NCBI GenBank assembly: GCA_964513435.1
Contig: CAZEMQ010000001.1
Span: forward strand, 5,883 to 69,882
Length of the DNA: 64,000 nucleotides
Direction: 5' to 3'
Source of the DNA: an uncultured Muribaculaceae bacterium
Lineage (GTDB): Bacteria > Bacillota_I > Bacilli_A > RF39 > UBA660
Part shown: positions 1 through 9,663 of the stretch, one piece after another
Position numbering within the stretch: the stretch's first letter is position 1
Layout: every line of letters begins with the position of its first letter
Translations under genes and position numbers: made by a program
Notes under the pieces: model-generated
Seen by the model: the letters and a program-made list of their open reading frames with translations, nothing else
The model's database searches: none
What the model was told of the DNA's origin: nothing

Positions 1-21
1 AAGTAGCTTTTAAATAAAGGA

Positions 22-255
22 ATGTTTCCTAATGAGAAAAATAGAATATGGACAATGTGTCAAGCTACTTTACAAATGCTGGTAATGACTGTAGAGGAAG
101 CTGAAAAAGCTAAAATGACGAGTGAACAGTTCTTTTTATCATTCGAGAATGTAGTAAACAACATATCTGTAAAAGATCATAATGATACATCTAAGGGATT
201 AGATGAGTTTAAAAACAATTTGAACGATTTTAATGCCGATTCGGGAATATCCTGA
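22..255 (+). CDS. hypothetical protein
   Basis: ORF from the track; ends with TGA; no recognisable motif. Confidence 0.3.
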   Translation: MFPNEKNRIWTMCQATLQMLVMTVEEAEKAKMTSEQFFLSFENVVNNISVKDHNDTSKGLDEFKNNLNDFNADSGIS

Positions 256-273
256 ATCGGTATTTTACTTATT

Positions 274-924
274 ATGGAATTAAATAAACTTATTTCAAAA
301 CCACAATGTATTGATACTTATAAAAAAGTATCTAATTATTTAGGAAGTAAACTTGGAGAAATATTAATAGATATAGAAAAATTCTATTATAGCGATTTCT
401 GGGAATCTAGATTTAAAAGAAGATTAGCGGAAGAAGGATTAGAGTATAACCCAATTGAATTAGATAAAATATTAGGGGTTACTACTTTACTTAAAGAGAA
501 TAATGTATTTAAATTATTTGACAAAGATGAGAATAATAAAGGAGTATCTAATAAAGGTACTATGATAGCTCTTAATATAAATATGAGTATTGAATAGTCT
601 AATGATTCTCACATTAAGAATGTTATTATGCATGAATTTGGACACAGGCAATACAATTAGGAAGAGTTTCGTATAATAAAATACTTAAACAGTAAGATAT
701 TAAAATCCCCCTCCCCTATGGGTTTGGAAAGTGAATTAGATTATCAATACTTTACCAATAAAAATGAAATTCGTTAGAGAATAATTCCACTTGTTAAGGA
801 AATGTATGATAACGCATGGACACCTGAATAGATATATTATTTATCAGATAATTTAAGGCAAGATGATTTATATGATATGTATAGTAAAGCAGAAATTTTA
901 TATTGGTTAGAAAATATACTATAA
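274..924 (+). CDS. putative zinc-metallopeptidase-like protein, TAG-recoded (in-frame TAG at 595, 658, 775, 829)
   Basis: Track ORF 274..597 ends in TAG. The same frame stays open for ~110 more codons through 3 further TAGs to TAA at 922-924. It contains the HEFGH (HExxH) motif at ~630-645. Confidence 0.5.
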
Positions 925-964
925 TAGCCAGTCTTGGAATATTCCGAGATTGGCTATTTTGTTT

Positions 965-1672
965 TTATACAATATAATTATTCTGAGATTGTTCTCTTTC
1001 TTTTAAAAGTTTGTCTATTAGTTTTTGTTGTGCTTCAATCTTTTTGCTTAATTCAATAATATTTTCTGTATTTTGTTCTATCTTATTTTCATGTTCTTTT
1101 AGTTTCCAAATAATTGCTTGACCTAATTCAGCTAGTTTGAATAATTTAGTATCTGTTTTACAACCCGTTTCTATATCCCTATTTTTATTATCAACTGAAA
1201 CTAAATAATTTTCTTTTTTTAATTCCTGATTACACTTACGAATGCAAGATTCTGACATATTTATCTTATTAGCAAGATCATAATTAGAATACGAAATTTT
1301 CCCAAAGCCTTCTGTATCTTTGTACATATATTGTTGTGCAGCCACAAGATATGCTTTAGTAGTTGGAGTTAACGTTTGATTTTTTATGAATTCTGGACTA
1401 AAAGGTTCAAAAGTTTTATATTTACTAAATGTATAATAATTTCTACGTCCTTTTTTCTCTACTTTAATATAATCTTCTTTTACTAAGTTATCTATACATT
1501 TTTTAATTGTTGGAATACTAATTTTAGATTCTTCAGCAATTAAAGCTAATGATGGAAAACATCCATCTTTTCCGTTATGAGATTTAATCACTACATAAAC
1601 CAATTGATCAATTGGTTTTAAATTGTGATTTGACATTTCATTTGGTAATTGTGTGTGTTGTTTTGTTTCCAT
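965..1672 (-). CDS. tandem winged-HTH DNA-binding protein with C-terminal coiled coil (putative replication initiator or early regulator)
   Basis: Two HTH-like repeats and a K/E-rich heptad C-terminus. Divergent from the iteron/repeat region. Confidence 0.5.
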   Translation of the reverse strand: METKQHTQLPNEMSNHNLKPIDQLVYVVIKSHNGKDGCFPSLALIAEESKISIPTIKKCIDNLVKEDYIKVEKKGRRNYYTFSKYKTFEPFSPEFIKNQTLTPTTKAYLVAAQQYMYKDTEGFGKISYSNYDLANKINMSESCIRKCNQELKKENYLVSVDNKNRDIETGCKTDTKLFKLAELGQAIIWKLKEHENKIEQNTENIIELSKKIEAQQKLIDKLLKEREQSQNNYIV

Positions 1673-1675
1673 TAA

Positions 1676-1800
1676 AAATTTAAAATTTATATTCAGCTTT
1701 ACTTAGTTTTTGAGGCTTATATAGATTAGTCTTTAAATATATATTTAAAATTTTATCCTTCAAAATTTTATCAATTATTTTAACAAAATTTTTAATTATG
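1676..1800 (+). repeat. promoter/leader module copy 1 (AAATTTATATTCAGCTTTACTTAGTTTTTGAGG...TTCAAAATT...AATTATG)
   Basis: ~120-bp direct repeat shared with 2010..2170. Confidence 0.6.
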
Positions 1801-1982
1801 AAAACTGATGCGCATAGATTTTAATATACTGCGCACCAAATTGCATAATTTGCGCACCAGTTTTCAACTAACTATACTTAATACTATACTTAATCGTAAC
1901 TATACTTAAACGCCTGACGGCGATTTTTTCCTGTTTTAGTTTATCTGTAATGTACAGATTTTTACTTTATAAGGGATTTATA

Positions 1983-2330
1983 GAAAATTTTGTATGTTGT
2001 GAATGAGATTTTTAAAGTTTATATTCAGTTTTACTTAGTTTTTTCGAGGTGTGTCCCCTATCTTATTATATAGTGCCACACCCCAACTCTTATAGAGCCA
2101 AACTTAAATATATTTAAAATTTTATTCTTCAAAATTATAATATCGAATTTAACAAAAATTATGTGTTAAAAAGAGAATAAATTTTATATATGTTGTGGAT
2201 GAGGGAGTGATATATTAAAGTGCTATACGTGTTAAAAATTTTATATGTATTATAGATGTAAGAGTGCAAAATTCAATATGCATTTATATATTGAAAATTT
2301 TTATATATGTTATGGATGAAGGAGTGCATT
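1983..2330 (+). repeat. iteron array, four copies of ~AAATTTTATATATGTTGTGGATGAGGGAGTG
   Basis: Copies at ~1983, 2179, 2234 and 2294 with small variations. Confidence 0.55.
2010..2170 (+). repeat. promoter/leader module copy 2
   Basis: Near-identical ends to copy 1. Carries an internal GGTGTG..CACACC insertion. Confidence 0.6.
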
Positions 2331-2333
2331 TCT

Positions 2334-2360
2334 CCTTTGAACCCCCGGGGGTTTCAAAGG
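2334..2360. repeat. 27-bp GC-core palindrome CCTTTGAACCCCCGGGGGTTTCAAAGG
   Basis: Near-perfect inverted repeat with no loop. The only GC-rich block in the region. Confidence 0.6.
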
Positions 2361-2439
2361 GAAAATAACCTAGCCAAACGCTACTTACAACTACAAATAT
2401 TTAGGCGATATGTAAAAAATATCTGCATTACCAAGTGTT

Positions 2440-2560
2440 CAGCGTGAGCGTTCACTTGAAGAGTTCAGCGTGAAGTCGAACTATAAAAACTTCATGACTT
2501 TGTTCATTTCAAAGCAAATGAACTAAACTTGCGTGTTCACTAATGCAACACGAGACCTAA
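2440..2560 (+). promoter_or_regulatory. array of at least six GTTCA half-sites / small inverted repeats upstream of the first early gene
   Basis: GTGTTCAGCGTGAGCGTTCAC, GAGTTCAGCGTGA, GTTCATTTCAAAGCAAATGAAC, GCGTGTTCAC. Confidence 0.45.
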
Positions 2561-2572
2561 TACACTTAAATT

Positions 2573-3025
2573 ATGTTTACAGGTTTTGTTCCAGTACAAA
2601 ATGCAGAAGAAGTCGCAAAGAAATCGTTTGATTTATCGAACGGGACTTCACCGTTTCAACACGATGTTGAATTTACCGTTACGGGATGGGATATGCATTA
2701 TCGAACAGAGGACAATAGAGTAGTTCAAGGCTCGAGAGCATTACCGATTTTGAAAACTACTATCGGTGATTGTTTTATTTCAATGATTATTAAAGCGAAG
2801 GTTTCAGCAGATAGAAAGCTCGTTGAACCAAGCGGAACCTTTAATAAGAAAGTCAGAGAAATAATCATAGACAATCGAGGGAAATCTACTTACGACATTC
2901 TTAACGCGATTTGCGATGCGGCTAAAGACAAGAAAATTCGCGTTTCACGTGAATTTTATCCAGCATTGGCAAAAGACGGTAGGGAATATCCGGGCTACCT
3001 CGTTAATCTCAATTTCATAGACTAA
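2573..3025 (+). CDS. hypothetical early protein (GC-richer codon usage)
   Basis: First ORF downstream of the control region. Composition distinct from the bulk genome. Confidence 0.45.
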   Translation: MFTGFVPVQNAEEVAKKSFDLSNGTSPFQHDVEFTVTGWDMHYRTEDNRVVQGSRALPILKTTIGDCFISMIIKAKVSADRKLVEPSGTFNKKVREIIIDNRGKSTYDILNAICDAAKDKKIRVSREFYPALAKDGREYPGYLVNLNFID

Positions 3026-3091
3026 AGTCTATCGACCTAAGCAAGTCGATAAACTGCTTACTTTTAATCTAATAATCTAAATAATAAAACT

Positions 3092-3412
3092 ATGTTACTT
3101 CATACAAACACTCCGATAATAAATAGATTTTTTACCGCAGGTTACATGATTAATCATAAAATGGTAAAGAAGTTCTACAATATATTCAAAACTACTGAAT
3201 ATTTTACATTAGATGAAGATTTAATTAATATCTTAAAAGACAGCGAACTTGAAGAAGCGAAGAAAATAATTCGCTTAAATGATAGGAGGAAAGGGATAGG
3301 AATTGAATCTAATAACAGTGCTTTATATAGTTCTTCTGATGGGTTAAGAATAAACTACAATGATAAACATAGCAGACAATTACTTAATCCTGGAATTTAC
3401 TATGGAATTTAA
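3092..3412 (+). CDS. hypothetical protein
   Basis: ORF from the track. Confidence 0.35.
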   Translation: MLLHTNTPIINRFFTAGYMINHKMVKKFYNIFKTTEYFTLDEDLINILKDSELEEAKKIIRLNDRRKGIGIESNNSALYSSSDGLRINYNDKHSRQLLNPGIYYGI

Positions 3413-3418
3413 TAAAAT

Positions 3419-3456
3419 AAGGGTGTTCCTCGAAAGAGGTTCACCCCTTATCTTTT
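3419..3456 (+). terminator. rho-independent terminator
   Basis: GGGTGTTCCTC-GAAA-GAGGTTCACCC hairpin followed by a T-tract. Confidence 0.55.
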
Positions 3457-3713
3457 GAATACAAACGATACTATGTTGCACCAACTACACTATGTTGCAC
3501 CAATAACCTAGCCAAATATATTACCTAAATAACCTAGCCAAGTGTATAGGCAGCTATAATTACTTAGTGTATAAGGAATGTATACATTATACTATTATAG
3601 TATGCAACAATTTAATGATGAAATCATATATCTCACATCTAAAAAGAGAATATATCCTATTTTAATTATTAATCTTTAAAACCTTATGGTGTATAGGAAA
3701 CCGTATTTAAGAA

Positions 3714-4181
3714 ATGGCTAGTTTAGCAGTTGAAGAAAAAAGACAAATCGCAATGGGTGCAAAAGAAGTTAATTCTTTTGGTGGTGCAGTACGTTCTTTA
3801 GAGAACTCTGGTCTTGAGAAAGGTGATACATTCACTTTTCCAAAAACGTATGATAAAATTTATGAACGTGTGTTTGGAACCAATAAGGCTGCTTACATTT
3901 TAGTAGAAGTCGGTCCAGATAATGTTAAACCATTTTATCCGAGTACTTTTACAAAGTCCAGAACTATCTATAATGAGGATAAAACAAGTACTGGTCAAAG
4001 GGTGCATACAACTGGTACAGCAGCTGAGATTTTCCAGAAGTGTGCAACAATGGATGAAGGAATGCAGAAATTAGCTGGTAAAAAAGTGATTGTTTCTGAT
4101 GTTAAGACTATTCGTACTTTACGTTATGGAACAACAGATTTAATGAATGCTCAAATTCCTGTAATTGATTTAGTTGATTAA
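3714..4181 (+). CDS. hypothetical early protein (GC-richer, terminator-flanked)
   Basis: ORF, followed immediately by a strong terminator. Confidence 0.45.
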   Translation: MASLAVEEKRQIAMGAKEVNSFGGAVRSLENSGLEKGDTFTFPKTYDKIYERVFGTNKAAYILVEVGPDNVKPFYPSTFTKSRTIYNEDKTSTGQRVHTTGTAAEIFQKCATMDEGMQKLAGKKVIVSDVKTIRTLRYGTTDLMNAQIPVIDLVD

Positions 4182-4189
4182 TTATAACA

Positions 4190-4222
4190 AGAACTCCAGA
4201 TTATTCTGGAGTTCTTTTAAAC
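4190..4222 (+). terminator. rho-independent terminator
   Basis: AGAACTCCAGA-TTAT-TCTGGAGTTCT hairpin plus TTTT. Confidence 0.65.
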
Positions 4223-4230
4223 TTGCTTAA

Positions 4231-4404
4231 ACTATGATGACATTTCTTATTTTTTTATTTAAGATAATAATAAGTTGTATAATCTTATACTTTATATATT
4301 GGATGAGTGTAGGAGGTATGTTTGCTGGATTAATGGGACTTGTTATAGGTGTAGTTTTTCTTAATAATATATGGAGTGGTTCAGAAGAAGAACCTGGATT
4401 ATAA
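4231..4404 (+). CDS. small hydrophobic membrane protein (57 aa)
   Basis: Manual ORF MMTFLIFLFKIIISCIILYFIYWMSVGGMFAGLMGLVIGVVFLNN...; below the track size cutoff. Confidence 0.3.
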   Translation, partial: TMMTFLIFLFKIIISCIILYFIYWMSVGGMFAGLMGLVIGVVFLNNIWSGSEEEPGL

Positions 4405-4413
4405 CGTATTCTA

Positions 4414-4620
4414 TTGTATAGCAAAATCATGTTAATGAAGTGTATTTTAGGTCAAAAGATTGGAGATTCCTTGATTCTGGATGATGATGGGAATCTTCAA
4501 TCAATATATCCAGATGTATTTTATTCACGTAACATGTATGCTTATTGGCAATTAAAGAAAATGGGAGATTTTTGGGTAATAGTAAAGGTATTTAGGGTGA
4601 TAGATGAAAATGGCAGATAA
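4414..4620 (+). CDS. hypothetical protein
   Basis: ORF from the track. Confidence 0.3.
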   Translation: MYSKIMLMKCILGQKIGDSLILDDDGNLQSIYPDVFYSRNMYAYWQLKKMGDFWVIVKVFRVIDENGR

Positions 4621-4920
4621 AGTGTAAAATTTTGAGTTAAGCGAGCAAAATTTGAAAATTTTGAGTTTAGAGGCAGTTTTCATAATTGAGGCTGATACCT
4701 AAAGATTTGAAGTTCATGGGGGGGTGAAGTGAGAAAATTGAAGGCTAAGCCCCATCTTTAACCCTTTTCTTCAATTCAACTTTATAATTCATACGCCCTT
4801 GATAATCCCCACACATACATATCCAATTTAAAAACTTTCATCTTTAAAAAAATGTTTAACAGAATTATAAAATAGAATTATCAAAATAAAATAAGTAAAA
4901 AGTAACTATTTAAGAATAAA

Positions 4921-5136
4921 ATGAAAACTAAACAATGTTTTTATTTAATAGCTCATTGTATAGAAGCTAATAATCTTGTTGTTGATAAAATATTTCTTCA
5001 AAAATACGAAGCTGTTAAATATGGAAGAAAACTTGCTACGAATAATACTAATATATTAGTATATCTTTATGAACAAGAGATTACCCGAAAGGGAACTCTT
5101 GATTTTGTTACTGATTTAAAACCATTTGAAAAATGA
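4921..5136 (+). CDS. hypothetical protein
   Basis: ORF from the track. Confidence 0.3.
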   Translation: MKTKQCFYLIAHCIEANNLVVDKIFLQKYEAVKYGRKLATNNTNILVYLYEQEITRKGTLDFVTDLKPFEK

Positions 5137-5194
5137 ATGGATTACCAGAAAATATTTAATTAAGTAATTTAAAACCTCACAATGTATAGGATAA

Positions 5195-5413
5195 TTGTTA
5201 TATAAAATGAGACGTAGATTTAAAACATCAAGAGTTTGTAGCTCTGATAATTACAAATTATCTAGAAAACTAAGCAATGTTTCAAAACATGTACAAGTAA
5301 AAGAAAAACTTGTTATTAGAAAATATTATGTTAAGTGTTTTGACAAGTTAATAGAAATAACAGAAAACGAAGCAATTTGTATTTATAAATCTATAGAAAT
5401 TATAATAGAATGA
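5195..5413 (+). CDS. hypothetical basic protein
   Basis: ORF from the track. Confidence 0.3.
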   Translation: MLYKMRRRFKTSRVCSSDNYKLSRKLSNVSKHVQVKEKLVIRKYYVKCFDKLIEITENEAICIYKSIEIIIE

Positions 5414-5671
5414 GAACAAAAATTTATCTTACTGTTCCTGATTCATATATCCTTGGAATAGCATTTAATAAAATTGATAAAGGTTTTTCATTTGGTATTT
5501 GTCTGTTTAAAATAGCAATTGTGTTAGATTTTCAAAATAAATAAATTATGAAAGTAAATATTAGAACTGAAAAAATTGAAAGTATAACTTTAGGTACGGC
5601 TCTTGACGTAAGTACGGTAGGTATAACATTTTCCATTGGTTTATTTAAAATAGCAATCGCTTAGATATATT

Positions 5672-6046
5672 ATGGTAAATAAATATTTTAGTTATAATAG
5701 AGAGTTCAGAATTGATACAGTTAACAGTGTAGTCTTTTGTATACTACACTGTTACGTTCATTTTGATATGGAAAATGAAATAAGAAGGAAATTTCTACAA
5801 TTTGGAGATTTTGTTGTAAAGGCAAAAGCAAAATGTCATGCAAATGACAGCTTTGATCTTGAAAAAGGTAAAAGTATTGCCGAAAGTAGAGCTATTGCTA
5901 AAGCATATTCGTTAGTAATTAAATCTCTTAATTCTATATGTGAATACTATTTAAATAAATCAAATGAATTTGAAAATATAAAAAATAATTTTGAATTAGA
6001 GGAATCTAAAGAAAAATTACGTATATTTGAACTAACAAACTTGTAA
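5672..6046 (+). CDS. hypothetical protein
   Basis: ORF preceded by the repeated GTTTAAAATAGCAAT motif. Confidence 0.35.
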   Translation: MVNKYFSYNREFRIDTVNSVVFCILHCYVHFDMENEIRRKFLQFGDFVVKAKAKCHANDSFDLEKGKSIAESRAIAKAYSLVIKSLNSICEYYLNKSNEFENIKNNFELEESKEKLRIFELTNL

Positions 6047-6097
6047 CAAAAAGTTTCCTTTTATACTCAAAATATAAAAGGAAACTATTAAATAAAA

Positions 6098-6517
6098 TTG
6101 ATTATGGAATATATAAATAAAATTACATTAACATTAATGCTAATGTTAGCTACATTTAGTATATCTGCACAAACAATAAACTTTAGAACTACTAAATTTT
6201 CAAGTAATCAGTATAATACATATACACGAACATGGTCTGGATGGGAAGAATGGCAAGCATCTGATATGCTAATGACAATGGACATTAATAATGATGTTGT
6301 AATTATATATTCCCCAGTGACACAAGTGTATAAAATATACGAGATTAATAAAAACTTTTTAGATGCAAAAGGTAATTATCATGTTGAACTTAATTTTATA
6401 GACCAAGATTATGATAAAGGTATCATGCGATTAGTTCAAAGAAGTTCTGGCGCATCAGAAGTATATATAGAATTTAATAATGTCAAATGGTGTTATCGAG
6501 TAATAAAAATAAATTAA
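6098..6517 (+). CDS. secreted protein (N-terminal signal peptide)
   Basis: MIMEYINKITLTLMLMLATFSISAQ signal-like N-terminus. Confidence 0.4.
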   Translation: MIMEYINKITLTLMLMLATFSISAQTINFRTTKFSSNQYNTYTRTWSGWEEWQASDMLMTMDINNDVVIIYSPVTQVYKIYEINKNFLDAKGNYHVELNFIDQDYDKGIMRLVQRSSGASEVYIEFNNVKWCYRVIKIN

Positions 6518-6518
6518 A

Positions 6519-6992
6519 ATGAGTGCAAGTTATAATACAATAGTATACAATGTCAATTCTAACAAATTCGAGACTTACGATATTTTTCCGTATTTAATAG
6601 ATGAGTATAAAAAAGAAAGAAATAAACCTTATACATTTGAAGAATACCGAGAATTTATTTTCAGATGTGCTAAATATCAATGGTGGGGTAGATGTGAATA
6701 CGAAATAATACTTCGCGATTGGCCCAAAGGTAAAACGGAAGAAAAAATTGACGTTTATAAGCAAGTCTGTGATAACATCGACGCAATAACTGAATTATTT
6801 ATGACACACGTTGAAGAAAATCATAGATTCCTTACAAATTATCAAGTTGTAAAAGAGTCAGATTTATTATATTTGCGTAATAAACCTGGCTTTAATGAAC
6901 ATTCTTATCTTATACTCGATGAAGTAGGAATAGATGATTTTGGCGAATCTGCATATTTTGTTGATATTGAATGGTTAAATAGAAATCTATGA
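6519..6992 (+). CDS. hypothetical protein (C-terminus duplicated at 53701..53877)
   Basis: ORF; paralogous fragment elsewhere in the window. Confidence 0.4.
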   Translation: MSASYNTIVYNVNSNKFETYDIFPYLIDEYKKERNKPYTFEEYREFIFRCAKYQWWGRCEYEIILRDWPKGKTEEKIDVYKQVCDNIDAITELFMTHVEENHRFLTNYQVVKESDLLYLRNKPGFNEHSYLILDEVGIDDFGESAYFVDIEWLNRNL

Positions 6993-7014
6993 GCAAATTA
7001 TTTATTTTTGCATT

Positions 7015-7359
7015 ATGAATGTATTAACTTATATAATATCAAGAATAGTGTTCCTTTTAATAACCTTTTGGATGTTAAAAGGAACTACTTTTACAACTTA
7101 TTATGGTAAAACAATAGAAAATTCCTATGATGCGTCAGGATATTTGTTACTTATTATGTATATAATTATGTTAACACCTTATGTAGGAACATTTTTCTTT
7201 TTTATATGGATTATATGGTTTTTTATATGGTCTTTTGTTAAACCTCATGGGTGTTATAGGAGTTACATACTTATTACTCTTTCAGAAAATAATAGTCTAC
7301 ATAAAGTATTTATAATGATGCACAAAGTATTAAGATTACTAGAAAAACCAATAAAATGA
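7015..7359 (+). CDS. membrane protein (holin candidate)
   Basis: Hydrophobic helices; immediately upstream of the endolysin. Confidence 0.35.
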   Translation: MNVLTYIISRIVFLLITFWMLKGTTFTTYYGKTIENSYDASGYLLLIMYIIMLTPYVGTFFFFIWIIWFFIWSFVKPHGCYRSYILITLSENNSLHKVFIMMHKVLRLLEKPIK

Positions 7360-7847
7360 TGAGCAAATCGTTTGTTTTAATAGGCGTAATAGCATGGTTA
7401 TCAATTTCAATATGGTTATCGGTTATTACATATAAAGTATATAATCTAACTCATAAACCAGTAAATATTGAATTTGAACTAAAACTCAATGATAATTCTG
7501 AGTTTATGAAAGATTGGGAAGCTAATGTCACCAATATGCTTGCAGCTTGTACATATTATGACATTAAATGTCCCAAGATAGTTACAGCACAAGCCATATT
7601 GGAATCTGGTAACTTCAAGTCTAATGTATTTAAAAAGTATAATAACCCTTTTGGACTTTATAATAGTAAAACAAAAGATTATTTTAAGTTTGAACATTGG
7701 ACTGACGCAGTAGTAGCTTATAAAAATATGATTCAATATCGTTATAAAGAAGGAGATTATTATATATTTTTAAAAAAAACACGATACGCAGAAGATCCTA
7801 ATTATATAAATAAAGTAAAAGCAATAGAAAACAGTTTAAAAATATGA
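7356..7847 (+). CDS. endolysin, glucosaminidase domain with N-terminal signal-anchor
   Basis: AQAILESGNFKS...NNPFGL matches the mannosyl-glycoprotein endo-beta-N-acetylglucosaminidase family; N-terminal TM helix. Confidence 0.6.
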   Translation: MMSKSFVLIGVIAWLSISIWLSVITYKVYNLTHKPVNIEFELKLNDNSEFMKDWEANVTNMLAACTYYDIKCPKIVTAQAILESGNFKSNVFKKYNNPFGLYNSKTKDYFKFEHWTDAVVAYKNMIQYRYKEGDYYIFLKKTRYAEDPNYINKVKAIENSLKI

Positions 7848-8641
7848 ATGAAAATGAAATAAAAGAACTTTAGTCTATTCTAGTAGAACAAGGATTATTA
7901 AAAGAAAATGATATTGATGGAATAATGGGTCCAAAAACTAATTCAGCATTAAAAGAATATTAGAAATATAGAATACAAAACGATAAAGGATTTATTAATA
8001 ATACATTTCCTTATGGGTATAGTGATGACGATGAAGATACTGTGTTAGGAGTTATAACTAAATTAGGTAAAGCAATATTTGGAAAATCTAATAAAAGAGA
8101 AAAATTAGATGAATTTGTGTTACTTGATTTAAGTACTCCAGAAGGTATTAAAAGAGCCAAAGAATTACGATATATTTTTAATGAAAATTTTAAGGATTAG
8201 AATTTACCATTATCTTATTTACAAAATTCTGCTAGAGCCAGATATGATTTAAATGCTTTATATCAAGGAAAACCATAGATATTTTACACATTTATGATAA
8301 ATCCTGATTATAAATCTGTTTCTGCCGGAGATAGTCCAACATATATTTATAGAAATCCTATACTTCGTAAATAGCTACAAAGTGAGGCCAGAAGTTATGG
8401 TAAAAAACATGGTATTGGCATACACAATGTAGTTGGAGATCCACTTACTACATTTAATAATTATACAATAAATACCATGCACGAAGATGGATCTGGTAGA
8501 GTAATAGATATTTGGGATTTTTCTGGAGATATGTTTAATCCTTTTAAACGTAAAGTTGTAATAGGAGATACTATTCCACCTACTGCACCTTTAAAAAATA
8601 ACATCTCAATAAGAAAATCAAAGAATTAGAAATCAAATTAA
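7844..8641 (+). CDS. TAG-recoded lysis-associated protein with peptidoglycan-binding domain (6 in-frame TAG)
   Basis: ATG overlaps the upstream TGA (ATGA). 266-codon frame interrupted only by TAG. DGIMGPKTNSALKEY[TAG]KY fits PG_binding_1 with Gln at the TAG position. Confidence 0.55.
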
Positions 8642-8654
8642 AAATTTAATAGAC

Positions 8655-9140
8655 ATGGAGATTAATTTAGGTATTTTTCAGATTTTATGTGGACTTCTCT
8701 ACATTATTGGAGCACCGTTTGGATGGGATTATATGTACACATCAATCATTGTTTGTGTGTATCTTTGGCCTATCTTGTGTACATTATCGACATTGCCGAT
8801 TCTTTATTATGCGATAAGGAAATTTATACAAACTAAAAGAATTGTTTGGGGCGTTACAAGCTGTTTGTCTTTGGCATATACTTATATGTACGTTGCCTCT
8901 ACTTTTGTTTGCCACAAACTATGGGGATTAAATTATGAAGGTGGCTACAGATGGGCTTTTGCAGAAGTTGTAGATATTTTAAGACGGTGTGCAGTAATAT
9001 TACATACAACTTATGAAATGTTAAATATATTTATTTACGTAATCTTATTTGCGTTTATTATTGGTTTTAACCTGTTTATCACTTCTCTTCTAAAAAGAAG
9101 TTTTAATGAATATGAACTAAGAAATGATACTACTTTTTAA
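8655..9140 (+). CDS. multi-pass membrane protein
   Basis: Four or more hydrophobic segments. Confidence 0.4.
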   Translation: MEINLGIFQILCGLLYIIGAPFGWDYMYTSIIVCVYLWPILCTLSTLPILYYAIRKFIQTKRIVWGVTSCLSLAYTYMYVASTFVCHKLWGLNYEGGYRWAFAEVVDILRRCAVILHTTYEMLNIFIYVILFAFIIGFNLFITSLLKRSFNEYELRNDTTF

Positions 9141-9311
9141 TATATGAAAATTGATGATTATAATATACCAAATGCGTTGTTAGATGAAGAAATAATAAAT
9201 ATCTTAGAGTATGCTGAAGATGCTGAAGCTGATTATTGGATAGACTATTATAAATCTAATCCAATACAAGATTCTTAGAATTTTTAATTTATTAACTATT
9301 AATTTTTTGTT

Positions 9312-9491
9312 ATGAAAAGTTTATTATTTATTTTTGCTTTGATGTGTGGGATTTCATGTACAAATCCTACAAATTCTTCAAGTTCTGTTGAACAAACTGA
9401 TTTCTCTGAATCAACTACAATAGATTCTATTTACATCGAACCTATTGATTCAATAGTTGCAATAGATACAACTGTAGTAGATTCTCTGTAA
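9312..9491 (+). CDS. small secreted protein or lipoprotein (59 aa)
   Basis: Manual ORF MKSLLFIFALMCGISCTNPT... with signal peptide plus Cys. Confidence 0.3.
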   Translation: MKSLLFIFALMCGISCTNPTNSSSSVEQTDFSESTTIDSIYIEPIDSIVAIDTTVVDSL

Positions 9492-9663
9492 TATTTAAAA
9501 CTAGTTTATACAGAATCTGCACAAATGGTTAGTCCTTTATAGTTTTAAGGTAAACTTATCGCTATACGAACTGTATATTTATTCTCAATGTTATGTGATG
9601 CAGCTACATGAATGAGAAACTAGTTTTAAACTAATAGAGTATATAACAGATATTTTAATATAT

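Larger units (their letters stand above)
1673..2570. promoter_or_regulatory. divergent control region / candidate origin of replication
   Basis: ~900 bp non-coding stretch between the divergent genes 965..1672(-) and 2573..(+). Packed with direct repeats, iterons and palindromes. Confidence 0.55.

Noticed and set aside
1673-2570. CRISPR array
   Set aside because: The repeats are imperfect, of unequal length and irregularly spaced. They look like iterons and promoter duplications, not a repeat-spacer structure. No cas genes are present.
4620-4920. Possible tRNA or ncRNA in a G-rich patch (ATGGGGGGGTGAAGTGAG...GCCCCAT)
   Set aside because: No T-loop or anticodon-arm geometry. It is only a weak stem with a long loop.
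7479-7736. Minus-strand track ORFs inside plus-strand genes (7479..7736, 10507..10746, 12057..12248, 12565..12777, 13367..13912, 16582..16770, 17931..18143, 19572..19781, 22866..23105, 27300..27542, 30085..30507, 31073..31294, 35738..35941, 36169..36414, 37373..37710, 43414..44314, 46900..47091, 52040..52231, 53670..54488, 54978..55190, 55621..55854)
   Set aside because: They are antisense to clearly coding plus-strand genes and are low-complexity AT-rich translations. Several lie inside identifiable domains of the sense gene.
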